DNA from: Candidatus Latescibacterota bacterium
Lineage (GTDB): Bacteria > Latescibacterota > UBA2968 > GCA-2709665
Assembly: GCA_965219455.1 (NCBI GenBank)
Contig: OZ244744.1
Span: 4,224,001 to 4,288,000 of the forward strand
Direction: 5' to 3'
Length of the DNA stretch: 64,000 bases
Shown: one piece after another, positions 1 through 9,093 of the stretch
Layout of the letters: every line of letters starts with the position of its first letter
Position numbering within the stretch: the stretch's first letter is position 1
Program-made: the position numbers and the translations under genes
Notes under the pieces: generated by a model
The model's database searches: none
What the model saw: only the letters and a program-made list of their open reading frames with translations
Told to the model about the DNA's origin: nothing

Positions 1-1571
1 AACCTGTCTGATTCCTCATCCTGGACCGGTATCACGGACAATGAATGACGCGACATCTCCTGAAGAACGTCTTCGATGGGCTCGTCGGGGACGGCATAAG
101 GCGGGTCCGGGCGCAGCACATTTCGGAGGGGTGTGTCCGCCCAGGATCCCATGGGAACAGACGTCAGCCGCGCTGGAGACACGATCCCCGCGACGGCGCC
201 TTTGTCGACCACGACGTAGTCCTGTTGATCCGGCACGATCCAGTCATCGGCAAAACTTCTGATCGACAGTGTTGCTTCGGGATAGGTCCGGGACGGGTCC
301 AGTACGTGACCGGCTGTAATGTCGTCCAGCGCGCGCCGCGCGAAGGACGTCGGCACGACTTCTGGCGGCGTGGGGCGGTGGGTCAGGCGCGCTCTGGTGA
401 CCGCCGCGGAGATTGCCAGTGGCATCAGCACGATATAGCCGAGCATTGCAAGCACGACCACCGAGAACACTTCCTGTCCGATCACGCCGTTTTCGAGGAG
501 TACAAGCAGAAGCGCGATCTCTGCCACGCCCTTGGCCATCAGTCCGGCCGCCTGCGCGTAGGGTTTGTCGAGGCGAGCCACGTAGGCACCGATGAACGCG
601 CCCGCGAACTTTCCCGCCGCGGGAATCGTTAGTATCGCGACAATGGTCGCCAAAGGCAGAGACAAAAAAGAAAAGTCCAGGCGCAAGCCCGCCGAGGCGA
701 AAAAAAGTGGTACGAACAGGCCCTCTGCTGCGCTTCGAATGCCCGGCATAACGTCGTTGCGCACCTGACGCGGCAGGCCCGACAGGGCCGCGCCGAAAAG
801 CAGGGCGCCGAGGGATCCGTGAAGGCCTATTTCCTCGGCCACGACGACCATTAAACACAGACCGCCAATCAGCAGACCGAACGACAACTCGGGTACGTTA
901 AAGAATCGTTTCAAAAAGAGAATCGTCGTCGGCATGATTCTTGCGGACAGAATCCATGCCACGACCGCGAAAGCCGCGACCTCCGCCAGCAGAAACACCA
1001 CACTGACGGCACCCATGAAATGGTCGTGTGCGCCAATGGTACGCTCGCCGATGCTGAACCCGACCACCAGGAGCGTGATCATCTCGGCGATAATGACCGT
1101 TGTGAAGATCTCGAGCCCGAGTGGTTCTTTAAGATACCCCTTGTCTGCGAGTACCTTTGCCACAAGTCCCATGCTTGACATCGACAGGATGCCGGCGAGC
1201 GCCAGTGCATCCTTAAAATGGAGTTCGAGGGCAAAATTCACCCCGAACAGGTTCGACGTGACCACCATGGCCGCAAACATGGAGATCACAACAGACAGTG
1301 TGGCGGCACAAAAAAAACGCCCGCGGATGGTTGCCACGAAGCCGGGGATGTCGATCTCGTCGAGACCGACAAGGAAGAAGAGGATAAAGACGCCAATACC
1401 CAGGAAGACCTGAAGCTTGCTCGTCGGTTCAATGATCCCGGCGACGGGTCCGAGCAGGATACCGGCCGCCGTGTAGGCCACGATCGAACTCAAGCCAATC
1501 CGGTCGAGGAGGCATTCGAGGAGTTTGGCTACGACGATGAGCAACCCGATCGGCAGCAGGTTTTCGATCAT
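1..1571 (-). CDS. Cation:proton antiporter (CPA2/Kef-like) with C-terminal CBS-like domains; runs off the window edge
   Basis: Translated by hand from ATG 1571 (MIENLLPIGLLIVVAKLLE...LFFLVGLDEID...LFVPLFFASAGL...). About 12 hydrophobic segments, then a CBS-like tail (DEPIEDVLQEMSRHSLSVIPV). No stop codon in the window, so it is absent from the ORF track. Confidence 0.85.
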   Translation of the reverse strand, partial: MIENLLPIGLLIVVAKLLECLLDRIGLSSIVAYTAAGILLGPVAGIIEPTSKLQVFLGIGVFILFFLVGLDEIDIPGFVATIRGRFFCAATLSVVISMFAAMVVTSNLFGVNFALELHFKDALALAGILSMSSMGLVAKVLADKGYLKEPLGLEIFTTVIIAEMITLLVVGFSIGERTIGAHDHFMGAVSVVFLLAEVAAFAVVAWILSARIMPTTILFLKRFFNVPELSFGLLIGGLCLMVVVAEEIGLHGSLGALLFGAALSGLPRQVRNDVMPGIRSAAEGLFVPLFFASAGLRLDFSFLSLPLATIVAILTIPAAGKFAGAFIGAYVARLDKPYAQAAGLMAKGVAEIALLLVLLENGVIGQEVFSVVVLAMLGYIVLMPLAISAAVTRARLTHRPTPPEVVPTSFARRALDDITAGHVLDPSRTYPEATLSIRSFADDWIVPDQQDYVVVDKGAVAGIVSPARLTSVPMGSWADTPLRNVLRPDPPYAVPDEPIEDVLQEMSRHSLSVIPVQDEESDR

Positions 1572-1777
1572 GGTCGGCCTTTCAGTTTCTCGGGAGATTC
1601 GGGAGGAACCCTCTGGTTCCAGGACAAAACGCGGCCGCCACGCCGTCCATTCTAAGTGCCGATGACGTGAATGATCGTCCAGAGGACCCGGTATGGCTAC
1701 GGTGTCATTTCCACCCGTGGTGCTGTTTCAGCGAATCGCATTCTGCTTCTGTAGAGCAGTCCCGGACCAACCATCTC

Positions 1778-2122
1778 CTAACCTCCGACCGCTGCCAGCG
1801 CTTCGGACCGGGAGGCGTAAACCGGTATAATTTTGTCGAACCCGCTGATCTCGAAGACCTCCCTGATTGGTTCCGAGAGCGAACAGACCACGAATTCCTT
1901 TTCTGACTTCCGAAGCGTCCTGGCGGTCAGCAGAATGACCCGAAGGCCCGCGCTGCTTATATATGAAAGCCCTTCGAAATCCACAATCACGGCTCGCCCG
2001 TCTTCGTGCTGGGTGATTGCGGAATCGAGCGCTTCCTCGAACTCACGGGCATTGGACCCGTCGACGCGACCCTCGGCCTTCGCGATCAAGGTGCCGTTGT
2101 CCCGTTCGGTGTTAACCTCCAT
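1778..2122 (-). CDS. STAS-domain anti-sigma factor antagonist (SpoIIAA/RsbV-like)
   Basis: 114 aa with GRVDGSNA and the motif DFEGLSYISSAGLRVIL; AAGGAG ribosome-binding site. Confidence 0.92.
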   Translation of the reverse strand: MEVNTERDNGTLIAKAEGRVDGSNAREFEEALDSAITQHEDGRAVIVDFEGLSYISSAGLRVILLTARTLRKSEKEFVVCSLSEPIREVFEISGFDKIIPVYASRSEALAAVGG

Positions 2123-2342
2123 CGACCGATCTCCTTATTTATTGTGACTCTGCCTCTCAATTACGATATATTAGAATACATTGACGGATGTGCGCCGAAA
2201 CGATTAGATAATAGTATTCGTTCGATATGTCAAGTATTTTGTTCAAGATTGCAGCACACGGAATTGCCGCATCGTTCCCATTTGCAAAGGCCCTTCGTTC
2301 CAGGTCGCCACCCCCGGGCGTGACGGGCGGGAAAGGAAGGAA

Positions 2343-2401
2343 TAGTGTTCTGTCCCGGAAATAGATTGCTTGAATTCGGCCGCCGAGTCGCCCGGCTCGC
2401 A
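2343..2401 (-). mobile_element. Partial copy (one end) of the 168-bp MITE-like repeat
   Basis: TAGTGTTCTGTCCCGGAAATAGATTGCTTGAATTCGGCCGCCGAGTCGCCCGGCTCGCA is near-identical to the reverse complement of the right end of the copies at 34668 and 43471. Confidence 0.85.
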
Positions 2402-2596
2402 TCCTTCGACAGGCTCCTAGGCACAAACGAGAAACATTTCCTGGTCTTGCGAGTCATATAACATGGTTGGATCATGTTGAACCTGGTTTGGCATTCGTAA
2501 AGTCAATCACAGTTAGCAACTGTAAACGGATCGATGTATCGTCGGACGGCAGGACGGCGACTATCGCAAGTAACTTTCCAAAGAAGGGGGATCGCA

Positions 2597-3565
2597 ATGT
2601 CTGGTTGGATTCGAAGCGTGTTTCTGTTGACGATGGCCGCAGGCGTGATATCCGGCTGCGGCGGTGACCGCGTTACCACCTCAATGGCGCCGGAAGCGGA
2701 CCCGCTTGCTGAGGGGGTCAACCCCGCAGCCCGGCAGGGGCACGCAGGACAGCCGTTGGGCAAACTGGCGATAGATGGGAATATGACGCAGGCCGTGGTT
2801 GTGGCAACGGTGCGGCAGGGCGGCGCGGCGCTTAGCGGCGTGACCGTGGAGTTGTCACGTTCTGTCTCGGGTTTAGCGACGGATTATGCATGGTCGGGCG
2901 CAACCGATGCGAACGGTGAGGCGCGCGTGGTGATTGGGGGAGGTAATGTAAGCGGTTACTATCGGGTGCGCGCCACTCAGGACGGGGTCGTGCTGGATTC
3001 CTGGTCGAGCATTCCGGTCAATGGCGGATACGAAGTGACTGTTGAACTGCCCGTTGGCGGGAAGGCGCGAGTGACGGGTTCATCGCCCCTTCCGAGCATT
3101 ATCGGTTCCTGGGGATACGTGGGAACGGATATGGTTGAGACGATAAGCGAGAACCTGGTGAATGCTATCCTCGAGCAGGGTCTGGTGGATAGTGCGACTG
3201 CCGTCTTTATCGTCAAGGAATTTACAGGCGATCTGGAGAGCAGCCTCCGCGACAGTGTCTGGTCGCCGATCCGGCGTCTTGATGCAGACGGCACTTTTGA
3301 GGGCCAGGACAGCACGGGTGCGTGGTCCGATACGGGTACCTGGAAGGTGAACGGCGATATTCTCACAATGGTGGAAGAAGACGGGCTGATTATGGAATGC
3401 TCGTTCGACGTGGAGGGGGACAACCTGACGCTCACGTTCACCAGGGAGCAATACATGCGGATTGTCCTGCAGTCGGCAGGGGAGTTGAACGAGGAGGACC
3501 AGCAGTTCTTTGATGCCATGCTCAAGGCGGACGACACGATCAGATTCTTCTTCGAAGCCCGTTAG
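2597..3565 (+). CDS. Lipoprotein with an Ig/carboxypeptidase-regulatory-like N-terminal module and a lipocalin-like C-terminal region
   Basis: Signal peptide with lipobox VISG-C; GVTVELSRS...GATDANGEARV; C-terminal IIGSW...GTWKVNGDILTM pattern. Confidence 0.7.
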   Translation: MSGWIRSVFLLTMAAGVISGCGGDRVTTSMAPEADPLAEGVNPAARQGHAGQPLGKLAIDGNMTQAVVVATVRQGGAALSGVTVELSRSVSGLATDYAWSGATDANGEARVVIGGGNVSGYYRVRATQDGVVLDSWSSIPVNGGYEVTVELPVGGKARVTGSSPLPSIIGSWGYVGTDMVETISENLVNAILEQGLVDSATAVFIVKEFTGDLESSLRDSVWSPIRRLDADGTFEGQDSTGAWSDTGTWKVNGDILTMVEEDGLIMECSFDVEGDNLTLTFTREQYMRIVLQSAGELNEEDQQFFDAMLKADDTIRFFFEAR

Positions 3566-3783
3566 CCGCGGGATAAAGGTAAGTCAGGGGACCTGTGCTT
3601 CCCTGATCCCGTTCACGAAGCATGAATGAAGGATAAGAAATCCACTCTATGGCAGACTAAACGCGCCGGGAGCGAGTCCATCGCCCCCGGCGCGTTCGTT
3701 TTTTGACGAAAATTCGCACGACAACCAATTGCCGAGCGGACCGCGTGGGCAGTTGATGTTGCCAACACCCTTCGCTGCGTTCC

Positions 3784-3999
3784 CTACTCGCAGCGTACGA
3801 GAGGCCCAGTCCGAAGGCACGACGAACGGAGTTGACTCGTTGCATGCCCTGTGCCGCATCCGATCTCCAGGATTCTTCCATCGTCAGGAATCCCCGATAG
3901 GCATTCGACGCCGCCAATTGGTTCGCCGGGGTACCTGGGCCTGATTTCATCGTAACGGCATGCGACGCTGTCGAAGGTATTTCGTCGAGAGTCGGGCAT
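3784..3999 (-). pseudogene. N-terminal remnant of a class I SAM-dependent methyltransferase
   Basis: MPDSRRNTFDSVACRYDEIRPRYP...RILEIGCGTGHAT (motif I); recognisable similarity ends there and a stop follows after about 70 codons. Confidence 0.7.
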
Positions 4000-4358
4000 C
4001 GTATTCGTCCTGGCGGTCAGCATTCCAGCTTTATCGATATTCAAGGGTGCTATCGCGTAGCGCCTGGAATTCGAGGGTCTCCCATAATGATGTCCATGAA
4101 CGGGTCCAGGCGGCTCCGGATCTTTGCGACATCCCGAATCGTCACGCGCGTGTGAAAGTTTACGTGGCGGCCGCTGGATAAGATAATTCTCCACAATTGC
4201 AGTGTCAAACTTGGCCAGGCCTATTATCGCTCAAGAGAATGGCTTGACCAGCGACACTTGTGACGCCTTGGAGCGCGCCCGGAATACTCGGGGAAGGGAG
4301 TCTTCGGTCGCGGACCATCAGCGGGACGACTGGTTACGAGGCCGTTGTAGGCGGTACC

Positions 4359-5678
4359 CTACGGGTAGAGTCTTTTGGGCCCTCGATAGACGTACGTGAC
4401 TTCCCGGACGTTGTTGTATCCAAGCAGGATCATGAGCATTCGGGTGAGGCCAAAGCCGAATCCGCCGTGGGGCGGACATCCATATTTGAAAAAGTCCAGG
4501 TAGAACCGGAGCGGTTCTAAACTGAGACCTTTTTTTGCGGCTTGGGCAGCCAGAATTTCAGGGCGGTGTTCTCGCTGAGCGCCGGTGGTGAGTTCCAGGC
4601 CATTCCAAAGCAGGTCGAAGCTCTTTGTGACGGTAGGATCCTCTGGATACCTCATGTGATAGAACGGGCGGACGGATACGGGATAGTCGGTAAGGAAGAC
4701 GAATTCGTGACCGTATGTTTTTTGGATGTATTCGCACAGGATGCGCTCTCCCTGAGGGCACAGGTCGCCCTGTCTTTGTGGCGGGGGCGTGTAACCCAGT
4801 TCCGCTAGTCGGACGACGGCTTCTTCCATGGCGATTCGTGGGAAGGGATAAGCCGGAACGGTGACTTGACGGCCGAAGTGTTCGGCGATTGATTCGCCAT
4901 GGGATTTTTGCACGGCGAACAGTATGTGGCAGAGCCATTGTTCTTCAAAGACCATTAGATCCTCGTGGGAGCGGATCCAGGCAATTTCAACGTCGACGCT
5001 GGTGAATTCGGTGTCGTGGCGCGACGTGAACGAGGGGTTCGCTCTGAAGACGGGGCCAATTTCAAAGACTTTGTCGAAACCGGCAGCCATGGCCATCTGC
5101 TTGTAGAACTGGGGCGACTGAGCGAGGTAGGCTGTGGTGTCGAAATATGGAAGTTCAAAGAGTTCGGCGCCGGATTCGCTTGCGCTGCCCATGATTTTCG
5201 GGGTATGTATTTCGATGAATCCCTCTTGCTCCCAGAAGTTACGCATAGCGGCTTGGACGGTGGTCTGGATCTGGAAGAGCAGATGGTTCTCCGGTCGGCG
5301 CAGATCCAAATGTCGCCAGTCAAGCCTTGGTTCCAGACCGGGTGGATCCTCGCCAAATGGTTCGATAGGTAGTGGTGAGGCCGCCTTGTTTTCGATGTCA
5401 AGTTCGGCCAGTTGAATTTCGATGCCGCCGAGGCGGACGTTTGGATTCTTCACGACGCGGCCAGTGACTCGAACGGCGGATTCACGGGTAAGGGTGGAAA
5501 CTATGATTGCCAGGCCGGGATTCTGTTGTTTTTTGTGGACGACCTGGACCTTTCCCGTGGGATTGCGGAGAATGATGAATTGCATTTGTTTCTGGTCGCG
5601 AATGGTCTGTACCCATCCTCGAAGGGTGACGGTTTGTCCATTGTGATGACTGAGTCGGGGTATGGATATGTTTCTCAT
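4359..5678 (-). CDS. aspS: Aspartate--tRNA ligase, short archaeal-like type (probably non-discriminating)
   Basis: OB-fold start (LRGWVQTIRD), YLAQSPQFYKQ, motif 2 FRAN...RHDTEF, motif 3 PPHGGFGFGLTR. About 440 aa, without the bacterial GAD insertion. AAGGAG ribosome-binding site before ATG 5678. Confidence 0.92.
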   Translation of the reverse strand: MRNISIPRLSHHNGQTVTLRGWVQTIRDQKQMQFIILRNPTGKVQVVHKKQQNPGLAIIVSTLTRESAVRVTGRVVKNPNVRLGGIEIQLAELDIENKAASPLPIEPFGEDPPGLEPRLDWRHLDLRRPENHLLFQIQTTVQAAMRNFWEQEGFIEIHTPKIMGSASESGAELFELPYFDTTAYLAQSPQFYKQMAMAAGFDKVFEIGPVFRANPSFTSRHDTEFTSVDVEIAWIRSHEDLMVFEEQWLCHILFAVQKSHGESIAEHFGRQVTVPAYPFPRIAMEEAVVRLAELGYTPPPQRQGDLCPQGERILCEYIQKTYGHEFVFLTDYPVSVRPFYHMRYPEDPTVTKSFDLLWNGLELTTGAQREHRPEILAAQAAKKGLSLEPLRFYLDFFKYGCPPHGGFGFGLTRMLMILLGYNNVREVTYVYRGPKRLYP

Positions 5679-5722
5679 GTGATAATGCTCCTTTTTTAAG
5701 AGGTCTGAGTTTTCAGGCATGG

Positions 5723-5755
5723 AAAAACCGCCGCTGGTGTGCGACCAACGGCGGG
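5723..5755 (-). terminator. Intrinsic terminator (attenuator) upstream of aspS
   Basis: CCGCCGTTGGT-cgcac-ACCAGCGGCGG-TTTTT on the minus strand, 45 nt before the aspS start codon. Confidence 0.85.
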
Positions 5756-5775
5756 TTGTGTTTCAGAGTAAGTTT

Positions 5776-5916
5776 TCAGCCATATATCGGCCCGGCCCGC
5801 CGTTGGATAGGGTCATGGTGGTTATTATGGTGGTCGGGATTGACGTCCAGGCATACGGCTGGCGCGAGAGATTTCTGCGGGGTTGTGATGCGGAAGATAG
5901 AACAAGCCATGGTCAT
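5776..5916 (-). CDS. Putative attenuator leader peptide for aspS (46 aa, Asp/Asn/His cluster)
   Basis: AGGAG ribosome-binding site; MTMACSIFRITTPQKSLAPAVCLDVNPDHHNNHHDPIQRRAGPIYG*; contains an 11-nt perfect complement of the terminator 5' arm. Confidence 0.7.
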   Translation of the reverse strand: MTMACSIFRITTPQKSLAPAVCLDVNPDHHNNHHDPIQRRAGPIYG

Positions 5917-6077
5917 TGTATTGGTCTCCTGGTTCCGCACATCACCTATTGCCAACATTTACGAATTTAAGGAGTTTTCACGGGCGACACCGAAGCAATG
6001 CTCCGTTGGACGCCACCTTGAGTGTCATGCGCCCGCACTCAGAATACGTCAGAACACGCACAAGGTGCCGGGAAACC

Positions 6078-8526
6078 CTATTGCGCTTCGATGGCCGCCG
6101 TAACGATCTCGCCGTTCAGTATGACGTGAAGGCCGGGATCGAGCGGGTTGTTAAGCACGACGTCTAAATCACGCGCACGCGTGATGCTGGTCAGATCCGA
6201 TTCGGCCTCCTTCAGTGCCAATGAGAGCGCCTGATCATTTACGGTAAGTTGCAGCCGTTTCAGGGGTGCGCTGAGTGAGAGATTGGCGTTGCTCTTGTAA
6301 CGTCGGACCGCAGTGGCGATCTCAACCAGGAGGTTGCCATTTGTTTCGGCGCGTTCGTCTAAAAATCGCGGGTTCACGGACGGCCAGGTGGAGATGTGGA
6401 TGGATTCACCGTTCTCTGCGAACAGTCCAACGTAGATCTCTTCGGTTACGTAAGGCAGAAACGGCGCAAAGAGGTGGATGCAGGTTCGAAGCACGTGGCT
6501 GAGTGTATATTGCGCACCACCGGTTCCGATCCCGGTCTCGTCATACAGACGCCGCTTGGCCATTTCAAGGTAGTTGTCCGCCAGGTCTCGCCAGAAGAAG
6601 GTTTCGGTTTCACTCCTGGCGAGAGCGTATTGATAGTTTTGGAAAAAGCCGGTTGCCCGATCGATAAGGCGTTGTGTCCGCGCCAGGATCCAGCGGTCCG
6701 CGGGGGTCAGGAGTGGAGGTTCGACTGGAGTGCGGTATCCTTGTAGAAACCGTTCGCTGAAGCGGGCCACATTCCAGAGTTTGGTGACCAGTTTGTGACC
6801 GGCCTGGATTCTTTCTTCGCTGATTACCGTGTCTTTGCCGAATCCCGTTCCGGCCGCCCAATAACGCACGGCGTCGGCGGAATATTTCTCGATTATGTCT
6901 ATCGGCGCGGCCGGTCCGCCTCCTCGGCTCTTGCTGATTTTCCCCGTGCCTTCCGGAGCCAGGCCCCATCCGGAAATGCATATTTCCTTCCAGGGTATCT
7001 GTCCAAAATGGTGGTGAGATTTGACAATGGTGTAGAAAGCCCAGGTCCGAATGATTTCGTGTGACTGGGTGCGCATGGACATGGGGTAGACGTCCTGATA
7101 GAGCTCGTTGTCGCATAACCAACCTGCCGCGATTTGAGGACTGAGCGATGAAGTAGCCCAGGTGTCCATAACGTCCGTATCGGCTACCCAATCGTTGGCG
7201 CCGCAAGTACACCTTGCACGCGGGCAGGTTTCGAGCGGGTCCAATGGCAGTTCGGCTTCTGGCGCCACGGTGATCTTACCGCAGCCACCGCAATACCACA
7301 CCGGAAACGGGATGCCAAAATGGCGTTGGCGGGAGATACACCAGTCCCCAGTGCAGGTTTTCGATCCATTCAATGTAACGGGCTTTCATGTGCGGGGGAT
7401 GCCACCTGATATCTTCGCCCAGTTCGAGCCAACGGCTTTTGAAGTCAAGGACACGGATGAACCACTGCGGAGCGACGATGTATTCCACCGGCGTGTCGCA
7501 GCGATCGTGGACCCGAACGGACTGAGGTGCGGGCCGCCTGTCCACCATCAAGCCGCGTTCATCGAGTGTCTTCACGATCTGTCGTCTGGCTTCGGACACG
7601 GAAAGGCCTTCGAGAATGCCGGAACCCGCGGTCATCCTGCCGTTCCTGTCGATGGCGGAGACCAGCGGCAGGTTGTGTGAACGCCACCAGGCCACGTCCG
7701 CAGCGTCGCCGAAGGTGCAGCACATCACAGCGCCCGTGCCTGTTTCGGGATCCGCCCCTGTATCCTGCAGTACGGGCACATGATGGCCATAAAGGGGGAC
7801 TGAGACATTGCGGCCGATGAATGAACTATAGCGTTCGTCACTTGGATGGACGAAAATCGCCGCACATGCGGACAGAAGTTCCGGCCGGGTGGTGGCGATC
7901 GGCAGTGACATGCCCCCTTCAAGGTGGAAGTGCACGGTGACGAATTCACTCTCCCGTTCAATTTCGTTCAGTTCGGCCTGTGCGATTGCGGTTCCGCATT
8001 CCGGGCACCAGATAGCCGGCGCCTTTTTGCGGTAGACCAGTCCTTTGTCTAACAGGTCTATAAATGACTTCTGTGCAATGCGGCGGGCGGTGTCGCCCGC
8101 TGTGCGATAGGTATGTGACCAATCGACCGAAAGCCCCAGGCGAAGCCAGAGGTTCTCGTATTCGCGTTCAATGGCTTCACCGTGGTACATGCATTTTTCG
8201 ATAAACGCCTGACGGCCGAGTCCCGATGCGCTTGTTCCAAGGCGTTTTTCCACCAGGCGTTCGGTGGGGAGACCGTTGTCGTCATACCCCATCGGGTAGA
8301 AGACGCGCCGGCCGTTCATTCGCCAGAAGCGAGCCATGAAGTCGGCATGGCTATAGGAGTAGACGTGACCCATGTGGAGTTTTCCGGACACGGTCGCAGG
8401 AGGCGTGTCGATGGCGTACACGGGGCCTTCGGCCAGCCTTTCGAATTTGTAGATGTCCGACAGTCGCCAGCGCGCCTGAAGGCGAAGCTCTGTTTCCTGT
8501 GGGCGATATCGTTTGGATGAGGCCAT
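6078..8526 (-). CDS. valS: Valine--tRNA ligase, archaeal-like type 2; split by a +1 frameshift at about 7346-7349
   Basis: DTPPATVSGKLHMGH (HIGH motif), ATTRPELL, GTGAVMCCTFGD, DWCISRQR, DVMDTWATSS, KISKS. ORFs 7276..8553 and 6078..7373 join as NLHWDWCISRQR if one G is removed from TGGGGAC. Confidence 0.88.
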
Positions 8527-8581
8527 TCTGATTCTCCCGGGAGGAAAATTCAACTCTTCGATTCCATAGATTTCGTTCCTC

Positions 8582-8767
8582 TCAACCGTCGAAGACGGCG
8601 AGTTCGAGGATCTTGAAATTACAGACTACATCCTGAAATCCTATCCGCCGCAGCCAATCGCGGTGTACCCTTGCGGCGGCCGGCATATTGGCCTGTTTGC
8701 CCTCCCGGTGGTAATATTCGTAAGCCATCTGTACGGATTGCCGCAATATCCCTTCCCGCCTCACCAT
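8582..8767 (-). pseudogene. Probable C-terminal remnant of a SAM methyltransferase
   Basis: EYYHREGKQAN...DWLRRIGFQDVVCNFKILELAVFDG resembles the C-terminal helix and strands of class I methyltransferases; no motif I upstream. Confidence 0.45.
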
Positions 8768-8791
8768 CAGAATTCCTTGTAGTGTGAATAC

Positions 8792-8827
8792 AAAAAAAAA
8801 CCGCCATCGAGTGGACTCGATGGCGGG
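8792..8827 (-). terminator. Intrinsic terminator (attenuator) upstream of the valS region
   Basis: CCGCCATCGAG-tcca-CTCGATGGCGG followed by 9 T on the minus strand. Confidence 0.88.
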
Positions 8828-8852
8828 ATAATGATTCTCTTCGTTTTCGCTG

Positions 8853-8978
8853 CTATACCATAAGCCGCCATAGGGTCCTATGATTATTGGCCGAATTGAC
8901 ATCGTTTACAGGGCGTACGGCGTCGTCTACACTTCGCGGCAGCGTGAGGTTCAGGAACCGGTGGCTGTTGACGTTCAT
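8853..8978 (-). CDS. Putative attenuator leader peptide for valS (41 aa, Val/Asp/Asn-rich)
   Basis: MNVNSHRFLNLTLPRSVDDAVRPVNDVNSANNHRTLWRLMV*. GGACCCTATGGCGG in its 3' end pairs 12/14 with the terminator arm CCGCCATCGAGTCC. The ribosome-binding site is weak. Confidence 0.55.
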   Translation of the reverse strand: MNVNSHRFLNLTLPRSVDDAVRPVNDVNSANNHRTLWRLMV

Positions 8979-9093
8979 GATATTCTCTGTGTTGTAGGTT
9001 TCCGGCATCGAATTCACAATAATATAGAAGACCGTCCCGATGATGTCAAGGCGATTCCGGATTCTACCGGCCCTTACGCCCGTGTCCATGCCC

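Noticed and set aside
5763-5850. thrL-like Thr/Ile reading frame (IPTTIITTMTLSNGG) overlapping the aspS leader
   Set aside because: There is an in-frame stop upstream and no start codon before the Thr/Ile run; the ribosome-binding site and ATG are in the D/N/H frame.
5720-5960. T-box riboswitch upstream of aspS (also considered for valS)
   Set aside because: No T-box consensus (GGTGGNACC) precedes either terminator; the leader ORF and antiterminator pairing explain the region better.
8582-8902. 106-aa ORF MSIRPIIIGP... as a real gene or Ile leader
   Set aside because: It reads straight through the terminator hairpin and U-tract and has no clear ribosome-binding site; only its 3' part looks like a gene remnant.
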